DNA of 64,000 nucleotides, taken from the IMG/VR virus record IMGVR_UViG_3300022837_000010, positions 3,030 to 67,029 of that record; one strand, 5' to 3'. The notes under the pieces are model-generated. The model saw only the letters and a list, made by a program, of their open reading frames with translations. It did no database searches and was not told where the DNA came from. The DNA is from a virus. The position numbers and the translations under genes are program-made. Below are positions 37,388 to 46,323 of this stretch, piece after piece. Within the stretch, counting starts at the first letter, position 1. Each line of letters starts with the position of its first letter.

Positions 37388-37651
37388 TTATCGGATCTCG
37401 GGATCGTCCGAAATACGATTTTCTTGCGCCCAATAATCACGGTTGTCTTGTTTGTTAGCGTAATAAAAACCCTCTTGCTCTTCCGCAAGTTGCTCAAGCC
37501 ATATCCATAAAGGCATTGGCAGGCCGTCATTACCATCGATGAAATCTTTAGTTGCCCAAAAATTATCTCGATCTGATATTTTCTTTTTGATTTGAGCGAC
37601 CGTAAACTCTCCGTCGTTACCCTCAAAACAAACTTTTATTTTTTTAAACAT
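37388..37651 (-). CDS. Hypothetical early protein
   Basis: 87 aa; followed by terminator. Confidence 0.7.
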   Translation of the reverse strand: MFKKIKVCFEGNDGEFTVAQIKKKISDRDNFWATKDFIDGNDGLPMPLWIWLEQLAEEQEGFYYANKQDNRDYWAQENRISDDPEIR

Positions 37652-37813
37652 ATAAAAAGATTATTGCATAATTAAATTAATTTCAAACTACATGTAGTGG
37701 TGTGACACTATAACACGGCTTGTTACCTTTGGGCCCACCCTCCCCGTTCCATGTACCATTGCTTGTGGACTCTGGGCCCACCCTCCCTGTACAAAATTAA
37801 AAATAAAAAAGGC

Positions 37814-37849
37814 AAAGAAAAACCCCGCTTCAATTATCTTGAAGCGGGG
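37814..37849 (-). terminator. Intrinsic terminator
   Basis: CCCCGCTTCAA/TTGAAGCGGGG stem with TTTTTCTTT on minus strand. Confidence 0.85.
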
Positions 37850-37856
37850 TTTGTTG

Positions 37857-38024
37857 TTATTGTTTAGATATAATAGTTAATTTATTATATATAAGGTCGT
37901 ATCTTTCACTATCTAAACCTACGTCATTCTTATCTAGTTCTTTAGCCCCTAAAGAGCTGTCAGCATACCACTCTTCCAAAGTTTCTAATAAATTGTCAGC
38001 GTCTTTTTTTGTTATTTTTACCAT
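37857..38024 (-). CDS. Hypothetical early protein
   Basis: RBS AAGGA; MVKITKKDADNLLETLEEWY. Confidence 0.65.
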   Translation of the reverse strand: MVKITKKDADNLLETLEEWYADSSLGAKELDKNDVGLDSERYDLIYNKLTIISKQ

Positions 38025-38040
38025 TTTTATATTCCTTTTA

Positions 38041-38361
38041 TTAAGATTGTAATTCTTCAAATGATTTAGGTGTAAACCATCTATCACGCTCAATACCTAG
38101 CCCCATGCTAACCCGCATTGACGCTAATTCATCTAGGCTAACATAACCTAATTCAGCGTCACCCACATCACATAAGCCAAATGCTATATTGGTGTTAGGG
38201 TCAAGCTCGGACAAGTACCACGTACCACGGCCCGTTGGATTGAATAATTTTACCACCGCTTTAAATTCTTTGTATTGCGGGTGCTCATCATTCCAATATT
38301 TTTTGTGGTGCTCATGATTTTTTACAAGTTTTTCTTTTTGTGCTTTTGTTAGTAGTTCCAT
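38041..38361 (-). CDS. DUF2958-family protein
   Basis: VVKLFNPTGRGTWYLSELD...FGLCD...ELGYVSLDEL...IERDRWF. Confidence 0.85.
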   Translation of the reverse strand: MELLTKAQKEKLVKNHEHHKKYWNDEHPQYKEFKAVVKLFNPTGRGTWYLSELDPNTNIAFGLCDVGDAELGYVSLDELASMRVSMGLGIERDRWFTPKSFEELQS

Positions 38362-38362
38362 A

Positions 38363-38548
38363 TTATATCTCCTCACTAGGTTGTTTTAATTTGTAGCCTA
38401 GGGCTTTGATACAATCAATCACACCAGGTAACAAAGTTTTATTTCCGCTAATGTTAGCAAAAATTTTAGCTTTATCACAAACGGGATAAACATATTCATT
38501 ACCCCAATTTGATTTTCTTTTTACTATTATTGTTTTTTCATCTGTCAT
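38363..38548 (-). CDS. Hypothetical early protein (paralog of 39198..39371)
   Basis: KSNWGNEYVYPVCDKAKIFANISGNKTLL...IKALGY. Confidence 0.75.
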   Translation of the reverse strand: MTDEKTIIVKRKSNWGNEYVYPVCDKAKIFANISGNKTLLPGVIDCIKALGYKLKQPSEEI

Positions 38549-38735
38549 ACATAGACAATATATAGTTCACCATGTAATTCAATATATATATTATATTATC
38601 CCATACGCAATATGTCGCACCACTGCTTGTGAACTTTGGGCCCACCCTCCTATAACATGCTTGTGACCTCTGGGCCCACCCTCCTATAAAAAAAATAAAA
38701 TGTAGTTTAGAATTATTCTAATGTAGATTTTAGGT

Positions 38736-38771
38736 AAAGAAAAACCCCGCTCCAAGTATCTCGGAGCGGGG
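38736..38771 (-). terminator. Intrinsic terminator (paralog of 37814)
   Basis: CCCCGCTCCAA/TCGGAGCGGGG, compensatory change versus 37814, same AAAGAAAAA flank. Confidence 0.85.
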
Positions 38772-38779
38772 TGAGTTGG

Positions 38780-38998
38780 TTAGCTGATTACTTTCCAAGT
38801 CACAGAACTTTCAAAATTATTATAAGGAACAAACCCTTCTGTTTTATTTTGAAATACTACTTCATCTCTTATGAAGGCTTTTAATTGGTCAGCGCCTTCC
38901 TCTTGGTCTTTAAAAGCCTTACCCGTATCATCAGCGTATTGGTGGTCAGCTTCTATTTTTTTCTTATCGATTGTGAATGTTAAAGTTTCGTTACTCAT
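38780..38998 (-). CDS. Hypothetical early protein
   Basis: RBS AAGGAG; 72 aa. Confidence 0.7.
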   Translation of the reverse strand: MSNETLTFTIDKKKIEADHQYADDTGKAFKDQEEGADQLKAFIRDEVVFQNKTEGFVPYNNFESSVTWKVIS

Positions 38999-39201
38999 TA
39001 TTTTTGCTCCTTGTTTAGTTTTTCTATTTCAGTAAATGCCATTTGTGTAGCGTCTCCAAATGTCATTTGATTATTCAAACCGATTGAATTTATTTTACCA
39101 TTAGATTTATTTTCTAATAATAAAAGCCATCTTCTCGACCCGATGTCATCGCTGTAGGTAGTTTCACAACTGAACCAATAACCTTGATAACTATTCTTCA
39201 T
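38998..39201 (-). CDS. Hypothetical early protein
   Basis: RBS GGAGG; 67 aa. Confidence 0.7.
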   Translation of the reverse strand: MKNSYQGYWFSCETTYSDDIGSRRWLLLLENKSNGKINSIGLNNQMTFGDATQMAFTEIEKLNKEQK

Positions 39202-39371
39202 ATTGCCTCCGATTTAGTTACTAGAGAATACCCTAGTTTTTTTATTAATTTAATATCATCAGCAAGCAAAGTCTTTTGACCTGTCAACGCTGTTAATATT
39301 TGCGACTTACTACACTTGGGGTAGATACGCTCTACCCCAAATACATTTTTCTTCTCTACGATTAGTTGCAT
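39198..39371 (-). CDS. Hypothetical early protein (57 aa, not in track; paralog of 38363..38548)
   Basis: MQLIVEKKNVFGVERIYPKCSKSQILTALTGQKTLL...IKKLGY. Confidence 0.75.
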   Translation of the reverse strand: MQLIVEKKNVFGVERIYPKCSKSQILTALTGQKTLLADDIKLIKKLGYSLVTKSEAI

Positions 39372-39580
39372 TATTTCTCTTCCCTTTTTTCTAGTTCAAC
39401 TCTGTAATCAAAATCTTTTGAAGCAAGTTCAACTATTCTTGATTGTAGTTCTTTATATTCATCACGAGGCATTAGGTCACTTAAAGAACTAACAGTGCAG
39501 TCCTTCCATCTCTTAACCCATTGGTCTTCAGTGTTAACCACCTCCTTACCAAACATATTATAAGTATTAATTGTTTTCAT
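39371..39580 (-). CDS. Hypothetical early protein
   Basis: RBS AAGGA; MKTINTYNMFGKEV... Confidence 0.65.
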   Translation of the reverse strand: MKTINTYNMFGKEVVNTEDQWVKRWKDCTVSSLSDLMPRDEYKELQSRIVELASKDFDYRVELEKREEK

Positions 39581-40014
39581 TTTTATATTTCCTTTTTTTA
39601 TTTTCATATCACTTACTGTACCAGTTAACTTGTAGTACTAAAGAACATTCGTATAATATCCCAAGCGATGCGACAACTTTGACCAGTGTGATATCTTTAC
39701 TACACTCCGAAAACGCATACCCACATCTTGTGTCGATGCGACATCTTCGCTACTAGATGTAGTGGTGCGACAATATGTCGCAGTCAGCTCGTGCCCTACG
39801 GGCCCACCCTCCGCACACACACACAAACAAAGTCGAGGGGTCCCTAGACCTTTGAGTGTAACTATGATATAAACACCCCCTACACCCCTTTTCGTGGGGT
39901 CTAGCAAATTATTTAGTCTATATAGTTGGTTTTAGACAAAGACATGCTATAAAATACAAACGAAAAAAAAAACTAATAAAAACAGAGTCTGAAAAAATTC
40001 TGCAAAAAATTTAT

Positions 40015-41478
40015 ATGGATGAAGAGAAGTTAAATAGATTACCCCCGGACGTTAAGAAACAATTCTTAAAGTATGCAATAAAACTATCTGAAAAAAAACA
40101 GAAGACTAAAGTCCACGATGACTTCTTAACTTTTGTAAAACATGTCTGGCCTGAATTTATAGAAGGTAAACATCACAAAGAAATTGCAAAAAAATTTAAT
40201 GATATTGCAAATGGCAAAATAAAAAGACTCATTATTAATATGCCACCTAGACACACAAAATCGGAATTTGCATCTTTTCTATTACCTGCCTGGATGGTGG
40301 GACGAAGACCTAATTTAAAAATTATACAATCCACGCACACCACTGAACTTGCAATAAGATTTGGTCGTAAGGCAAAGACTCTTATGGACTCTCCAGAATA
40401 TAAACAAGTATTCGAGACAAGACTCCGAGAGGACAGTCAAGCCGCGGGCAAATGGGAGACGGCACAAGGTGGAGAATATTATGCAGCGGGTGTCGGATCA
40501 GCGATCACGGGTCGTGGAGCGGACTTATTGATTATTGATGATCCTCACTCGGAGCAAGATGCGTTGAACATGTCATCCATGGAACGTGCTTATGAATGGT
40601 ATACATCCGGACCACGTCAAAGACTTCAACCAGGTGGAACTATTGTAGTCGTTATGACTAGATGGAATATGAAAGATCTAACAGGGATGTTATTAAAACA
40701 TCAAAAAGAATTAAAATCAGATAAATGGGAACTTATAGAATTTCCTGCAATCCTTCCATCAGGTAAATCAGTTTGGCCAGAGTATTGGAAGTTAGAAGAA
40801 TTAGAAGGAGTTAAGGCCAGTTTAAGTGTTGGTAAGTGGAACGCGCAATGGATGCAAAACCCAACTTCTGAAGAAGGCTCTTTAATCAAAAGGGAATGGT
40901 GGCGGAAATGGGACCGGGATTATATTCCAAAACTACAACATGTCATACAATCTTATGATACTGCTTTTCTTAAAAAAGAATCTGCCGATTACTCTGCAAT
41001 CACTACTTGGGGTGTATTTCAAGAAAATCCTGACTCTGCTCCTAATTTAATTTTATTGGACGCCGTCAAGGAACGACTCGAATTTCCAGAACTTCGTAAA
41101 AAAGCCAAGGAACAATATGACTATTGGAAACCTGAAACAGTTATCATCGAGGCTAAAGCAAGTGGACTACCCTTAACTTATGAGTTGCGTAAGATGGGGA
41201 TACCTGTTATAAACTTCACTCCTAGTAAAGGTAATGATAAACATGCTAGGGTAAACGCCTGTTCACCTCTATTTGAGTCTGGACAAATTTGGGCGCCAGA
41301 TGAAAAATTCGCTGATGAGGTGATTGAAGAATGTGCATCATTTCCTTATGGAGATCATGATGATTTGGTGGATAGCACAACACAAGCGGTAATGCGATTT
41401 CGTCAAGGTGGTTTTATTGGTCACCCTGAAGATGAAAAAGACGAAGTTTCAATGCCACATAACAGGACTTATTATTAA
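40015..41478 (+). CDS. terL: Terminase large subunit
   Basis: MPPRHTKS Walker A variant, IIDDP, VMTRW, SYDTAF, HDDLVDS. Confidence 0.95.
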   Translation: MDEEKLNRLPPDVKKQFLKYAIKLSEKKQKTKVHDDFLTFVKHVWPEFIEGKHHKEIAKKFNDIANGKIKRLIINMPPRHTKSEFASFLLPAWMVGRRPNLKIIQSTHTTELAIRFGRKAKTLMDSPEYKQVFETRLREDSQAAGKWETAQGGEYYAAGVGSAITGRGADLLIIDDPHSEQDALNMSSMERAYEWYTSGPRQRLQPGGTIVVVMTRWNMKDLTGMLLKHQKELKSDKWELIEFPAILPSGKSVWPEYWKLEELEGVKASLSVGKWNAQWMQNPTSEEGSLIKREWWRKWDRDYIPKLQHVIQSYDTAFLKKESADYSAITTWGVFQENPDSAPNLILLDAVKERLEFPELRKKAKEQYDYWKPETVIIEAKASGLPLTYELRKMGIPVINFTPSKGNDKHARVNACSPLFESGQIWAPDEKFADEVIEECASFPYGDHDDLVDSTTQAVMRFRQGGFIGHPEDEKDEVSMPHNRTYY

Positions 41479-41480
41479 CT

Positions 41481-42803
41481 ATGCCAGCATTAGCAATACC
41501 TATCCTAATACCTTTTGCAGAAGCAGCAGGAATAACTATTAATGCAGTAGCATCTGCAGCAGGATTAGATTTACTCTCAAAAAAAGTTGAAGAATACATA
41601 GAAGACAATCCAGAACAATCTCAAAAAATTTTCGCAATGATTATGCCCGAACAAGGTCTGGCTAATATTCTTAAAAATAAATCATCTGAAGGTGATGAAG
41701 AAGTTAGTGAAGAAGAACTTGGGGAAATAGAAACACCAAAATTAACTGGTAAAGAAAAAGGTAAAGCAATGGCAGATACTGCCAATAGTGAAACAGGAAA
41801 TTATTCTGATCCAAATGCAAGTGATGGTTACGCAAGTAAAAGAGGACGAATGATTAAAAAAGCTGAAGACTTGGGTTTGGCAAATCCGGACCTAAAAGAT
41901 AATTACAAACCATCAGGTTATACAGGTTGGAAAAAGTTTGCAAATAAATATAAAAAGAAATACGCGGACGGCGGAATTGCATCTATGATGCAACCTAAAA
42001 GAGCAGGATATGCTATGGGAGGAATGCTTTCTAATCTTATAACAAGTAGTCCACAAATTCTTTCACAAGTAAATTCAAATTCACAAAACAATTCTAATTG
42101 GTGGGATACATTAGATGCACAAGGTATGAATGTTTATAACTCTATGAAACGAGGTGGACATGATGATGTAACTATTCAAGGTCAATTAGCAATGTTGGGT
42201 TACTATGATCCTAATACTACACCACCGGATTCAACACCAGATATACCTGTAGTATCTCCTCGTAATATTATTAATAATGGAGGCAATGACAAGGGTGGAA
42301 TTACTGCAGCTAGACCAGGTTTAGGATACAAAGGACCAGGATCAACAGTAAGTGGAAATTTTAATATAGAAGACATTGGTGAAGGAACAGTTGATAGTGA
42401 TGATTTAAGTTTTGGTCTTTCACTTAAAGAAGGAATTTTTGGTTTACAAAGAATGCTTGGAAATATACCAACTCCATTAAATTTAGCTTTAAAAGCAGCA
42501 AATAAATTTAAAAATTATAGAGCAGATAAAAAAGCTGAAGCACAAGTTGCTCAAGCCGCAGCAGAAGAAGCCGCAGCAGCAAATAGAGCAGAAGCAAATA
42601 GGATTTCAAACAGATTAGCAAATGAATATTCAGCTCAACAACAAAGAGATGGTAGAGATTTTTCTGTAAGTGGTCCAGATACATCGGCCAACCCAACAGG
42701 TAAAAGTAATCAAGCTAGTTCCGAAAGAGGTTACTCATTACATGGAAAAAAAGGTGGATTTGTACCAACTGGTCTAGCTACAATGTTTAGGAGAAAAAGA
42801 TAA
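41481..42803 (+). CDS. Putative internal virion (cargo) protein
   Basis: Low complexity; YADGGIA, YAMGGML, KKGGFV motifs; ends GLATMFRRKR. Confidence 0.55.
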   Translation: MPALAIPILIPFAEAAGITINAVASAAGLDLLSKKVEEYIEDNPEQSQKIFAMIMPEQGLANILKNKSSEGDEEVSEEELGEIETPKLTGKEKGKAMADTANSETGNYSDPNASDGYASKRGRMIKKAEDLGLANPDLKDNYKPSGYTGWKKFANKYKKKYADGGIASMMQPKRAGYAMGGMLSNLITSSPQILSQVNSNSQNNSNWWDTLDAQGMNVYNSMKRGGHDDVTIQGQLAMLGYYDPNTTPPDSTPDIPVVSPRNIINNGGNDKGGITAARPGLGYKGPGSTVSGNFNIEDIGEGTVDSDDLSFGLSLKEGIFGLQRMLGNIPTPLNLALKAANKFKNYRADKKAEAQVAQAAAEEAAAANRAEANRISNRLANEYSAQQQRDGRDFSVSGPDTSANPTGKSNQASSERGYSLHGKKGGFVPTGLATMFRRKR

Positions 42804-43036
42804 TGGATATTAAATACAACGAAATCATAGGTGCATTTGTAAATACGGCAAATGATGAAAAAGTAACCCAAGCTGAACTATTGGAATGGGCTGCTGAAAA
42901 CCCAATGCCTTTAGATGAACCTAAAAAACAAGATCCTCAAATGCTCAATGAAGTAATTGAAAGTTTGACAGTTAAACAAACACCTGATAGTACTTCTGTC
43001 GAAGAAGGTGTTAAATCAATAACAGAGAAGGTATAG
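42803..43036 (+). CDS. Hypothetical protein
   Basis: TAATG coupling; 77 aa. Confidence 0.65.
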   Translation: MDIKYNEIIGAFVNTANDEKVTQAELLEWAAENPMPLDEPKKQDPQMLNEVIESLTVKQTPDSTSVEEGVKSITEKV

Positions 43037-43044
43037 AATAGCTC

Positions 43045-45555
43045 ATGGCTACAATAGATAAATCATTACCCAATACAAAAACAGAAATTGAAATTCCTGG
43101 TGAAGAAGTAATTGTTGAAGAGCAACAAGAGATTATTGAAAGACAACAGGCCGGAGAACCTGAAATTGAAATGAATGATGATGGTGGAGCAACCGTTAAT
43201 TTTGATCCATCACAAGTTAATCCAGAAGGTGGCGAAGACCACTTTGAAAATTTAGCAGACTTTTTAGAAGACAACGTTTTAGATCCATTGGCATCCGAGT
43301 TAATGGAAAAGTATACTAATTATAAACAATCAAGACAAGAATGGGCAGACAGTTATAGAGAAGGTTTAAATCTTTTAGGATTTAAATACGTAACTAAAAC
43401 AGAACCCTTTAGAGGAGCAAGTTCAGTAACTCACCCAGTTCTTGCAGAAGCCGTTACACAATTTCAAGCACAAGCTTATAAAGAACTGTTGCCCGCGGAT
43501 GGTCCAGTTAGAACTCAAATCATGGGAGATGCGAGTGTTGCTAAAGAAGAACAATCAAAACGTGTTAAAGATTTTATGAATTATCAAATCATGGATCAGA
43601 TGAAAGAGTATGAACCTGAATTTGATCAAATGTTATTCTATTTACCATTGTCGGGTTCAACGTTTAAAAAAGTTTATTATGATGATTTATTAGGTAGAGC
43701 AGTATCTAAATTTATTCCTGCTGAAGATTTAGTAGTACCTTATTCTGCTACTTCATTAGAAGATGCGGAAGCTGTAATTCATGTTATTCGTATGTCACCC
43801 AATGATTTACGAAAACAACAAATTAATGGTTTCTATAAAGACATTGATTTAGGAGAACCTCCTGTACAAGAAGATAAATTAAAACAAAAAGAATTAGAAT
43901 TAGAAGGCATTCAACAAAACGGCCAAGAAGACATGTATACAATTTTAGAAATGCATGTTGATGTAGATTTGGAAGGACACGAAGATGTAGATCCTGAAGA
44001 TGGTGAGCCCACTGGAATTAAATTACCTTATATAATTACAATTGATGAAGCAAACTCAAAAGTTTTATCTATAAGAAGAAACTACGGCGAACAAGATCCT
44101 TTAAAAAAGAAAAAAGATTATTTTGTACACTTTAAATTTTTACCTGGTTTAGGTTTTTATGGTTTAGGATTAATTCACATGATTGGTGGTTTGTCACGTA
44201 CAGCAACAGTTGCTTTAAGACAATTATTAGATGCCGGAACTTTAGCTAACTTACCTGCTGGTTTTAAAACTAGAGGTGTTAGAATGAGAGATGATGCACA
44301 ACCTTTACAACCTGGAGAATTTAGAGATGTAGATGTACCAGGTGGAAATATTAAAGATCAGTTCATGCAACTCCCTTTTAAAGGACCAGACCAAACTTTA
44401 CTTCAATTAATGGGAGTAGTAGTTTCAGGAGCACAACGATTCGCGAGCATCGCAGATGCACAAGTAGGCGATATGAATCAAGCCGCGGCTGTTGGTACAA
44501 CGGTTGCGTTATTGGAGCGTGGATCTAGAGTTATGTCAGCTATTCATAAAAGATTATATGTAGGTTTAAAAAATGAATTTAGATTATTAGCGGGAGTATT
44601 TAAAAGTTACTTACCTGCAGAATATCCTTATGACGTACCCGGTGCATCGAGAAATGTTAAAGTAGCAGACTTTGATGACAAGGTAGATATCTTACCTGTT
44701 GCTGATCCTAATATTTTTTCTCAAACACAAAGAATTTCGATGGCACAAACTCAATTACAATTAGCGCAATCTAATCCTAAACTACATAATTTATATCAAG
44801 CTTATAGATCTATGTATGATGCAATTGGTGTAAAAAATGTAAATGCAATTTTACCTCCTCCTGAAACACCTACACCAATGGATCCAAGTTTAGAACATAT
44901 TTTATCAATTAGTGGTAAACCTTTTCAAGCGTATCCAGGTCAAGACCACAAAGCACATATTGATGCTCACTTAAGTTTCATGTCAATCTCTATGGTACAA
45001 AATAATCCAATGGCTATGATGGCTTTACAGAAAAATATATTAGAACATATTAGTTTAATGGCTCAAGAACAAATTCAATTAGAATATGTTGAAGAAATGA
45101 AAGAATTACAAATGATCCAACAACAATTAGGACCCATGATGCAAAATCCACAAATGATGCAGCAAAATCCACAAGCAATGCAAGCTTCACAAAGGGTTCA
45201 ACAACTAACTTCTATGATGGAATCTAGAAAAGCAGTTCTAATCGCGGAAATGACAATGGACTATGCTAAAGAAGAAGACAAAATTAGTAGCGAAGTAGGT
45301 GGTGATCCATTACTTAAACTAAAATCAAGAGAATTAGACATAAAAGCTAAAAATGATCAAGAACAAGCTATGAATAGAGAATCAAGACTTGATTTAGACA
45401 CAATGAAAGCTATGATGAATGACCAACAACACGATGAAAAGCTAGAACAGAACGAAGATTTAGCTGAATTACGTGCGGGGGTTTCACTTACTAAACAAAC
45501 AATGTCAAATCAAAGTAAAAGACAAGATTTTGGTAGGAATTTTAAGAAAAATTAA
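43045..45555 (+). CDS. Portal protein
   Basis: 836 aa near TerL; HPVLAEAVTQFQA, LSGSTFKKVYYD, GFYGLG; Gln/Met-rich barrel-like C-terminus (P22-like). Confidence 0.9.
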   Translation: MATIDKSLPNTKTEIEIPGEEVIVEEQQEIIERQQAGEPEIEMNDDGGATVNFDPSQVNPEGGEDHFENLADFLEDNVLDPLASELMEKYTNYKQSRQEWADSYREGLNLLGFKYVTKTEPFRGASSVTHPVLAEAVTQFQAQAYKELLPADGPVRTQIMGDASVAKEEQSKRVKDFMNYQIMDQMKEYEPEFDQMLFYLPLSGSTFKKVYYDDLLGRAVSKFIPAEDLVVPYSATSLEDAEAVIHVIRMSPNDLRKQQINGFYKDIDLGEPPVQEDKLKQKELELEGIQQNGQEDMYTILEMHVDVDLEGHEDVDPEDGEPTGIKLPYIITIDEANSKVLSIRRNYGEQDPLKKKKDYFVHFKFLPGLGFYGLGLIHMIGGLSRTATVALRQLLDAGTLANLPAGFKTRGVRMRDDAQPLQPGEFRDVDVPGGNIKDQFMQLPFKGPDQTLLQLMGVVVSGAQRFASIADAQVGDMNQAAAVGTTVALLERGSRVMSAIHKRLYVGLKNEFRLLAGVFKSYLPAEYPYDVPGASRNVKVADFDDKVDILPVADPNIFSQTQRISMAQTQLQLAQSNPKLHNLYQAYRSMYDAIGVKNVNAILPPPETPTPMDPSLEHILSISGKPFQAYPGQDHKAHIDAHLSFMSISMVQNNPMAMMALQKNILEHISLMAQEQIQLEYVEEMKELQMIQQQLGPMMQNPQMMQQNPQAMQASQRVQQLTSMMESRKAVLIAEMTMDYAKEEDKISSEVGGDPLLKLKSRELDIKAKNDQEQAMNRESRLDLDTMKAMMNDQQHDEKLEQNEDLAELRAGVSLTKQTMSNQSKRQDFGRNFKKN

Positions 45556-45581
45556 GTATAATAATCTAAAAGGAGATAAAT

Positions 45582-45785
45582 ATGGATAAAGATTGGCAAA
45601 GAGGCTCTAAATTTATGAATGACGACGTCAAGATTGAAAAAGAACTTGGTTGTGGTCATGATGGTTATCAAACAGGCGGTAAAACTATTGAAATGACTAG
45701 TGATACTGAATCACAGACTGTGACTGTTAAAGGAACTAAAAGAATGAGAGCTGACAAGAAACCTGTAAAAGCTACCTGGTATTAA
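45582..45785 (+). CDS. Small hypothetical protein
   Basis: RBS AAGGAG; contains YQTGG. Confidence 0.7.
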   Translation: MDKDWQRGSKFMNDDVKIEKELGCGHDGYQTGGKTIEMTSDTESQTVTVKGTKRMRADKKPVKATWY

Positions 45786-45786
45786 T

Positions 45787-46164
45787 ATGTGGTTATCGGC
45801 AATTAAATTAGCCGTTTCTGCAGGAAGTCACATTTACAAAAATAAGCAACAGACAAAAATGCTTATGTCAGATGCTGCTATGAAACATGCTCAAAAAATG
45901 AGTACTGGAGAATTAGAGTATTCAGGAAAATTACTAGAAGCTAGACAATCAGACTGGAAAGACGAATTTATTTTGGTTTTACTTTCAATCCCTATAGTAA
46001 TGTTAGGCTATTCTGTATGGTCAGATAATCCTGTACATATGGAGAAAATGGAGTTATTCTTTTTTCACTTTGGAAATTTACCTTTTTGGTATCAAACAAT
46101 TTTTGTAGGAGTTATTGCATCCGTCTATGGACTTAAAGCAACAGATCTTATAAAAAGAAAATAA
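45787..46164 (+). CDS. Holin-like membrane protein
   Basis: SDWKDEFILVLLSIPIV...LPFWYQTIFVGVIASVYG: two TM helices. Confidence 0.6.
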   Translation: MWLSAIKLAVSAGSHIYKNKQQTKMLMSDAAMKHAQKMSTGELEYSGKLLEARQSDWKDEFILVLLSIPIVMLGYSVWSDNPVHMEKMELFFFHFGNLPFWYQTIFVGVIASVYGLKATDLIKRK

Positions 46165-46323
46165 TAATGGAAAAACTAAAATCATTTATTAGTTGGCCAA
46201 TAGAAATTGGTAGAACTATATTTACTAAACTTGTAGATAAAATCTTTGGTAAAAGATGTTTGTGTCCTGATGACATGATGAGAAAACATCAACCCATGAG
46301 ATGTAAACTATGTGGTAAAATTA

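Larger units (their letters stand above)
37238..39812. repeat. Seven dispersed ~26-bp direct repeats GCTTGTGACCTNYGGGCCCACCCTCC
   Basis: Copies start at 37238, 37303, 37718, 37761, 38625, 38659, 39787. Confidence 0.95.

Noticed and set aside
37238-39812. 26-bp repeats as a CRISPR array
   Set aside because: Start-to-start spacing is irregular (34, 43, 65 bp within pairs; 0.4-1.1 kb between), intervals contain genes, and there is no cas operon
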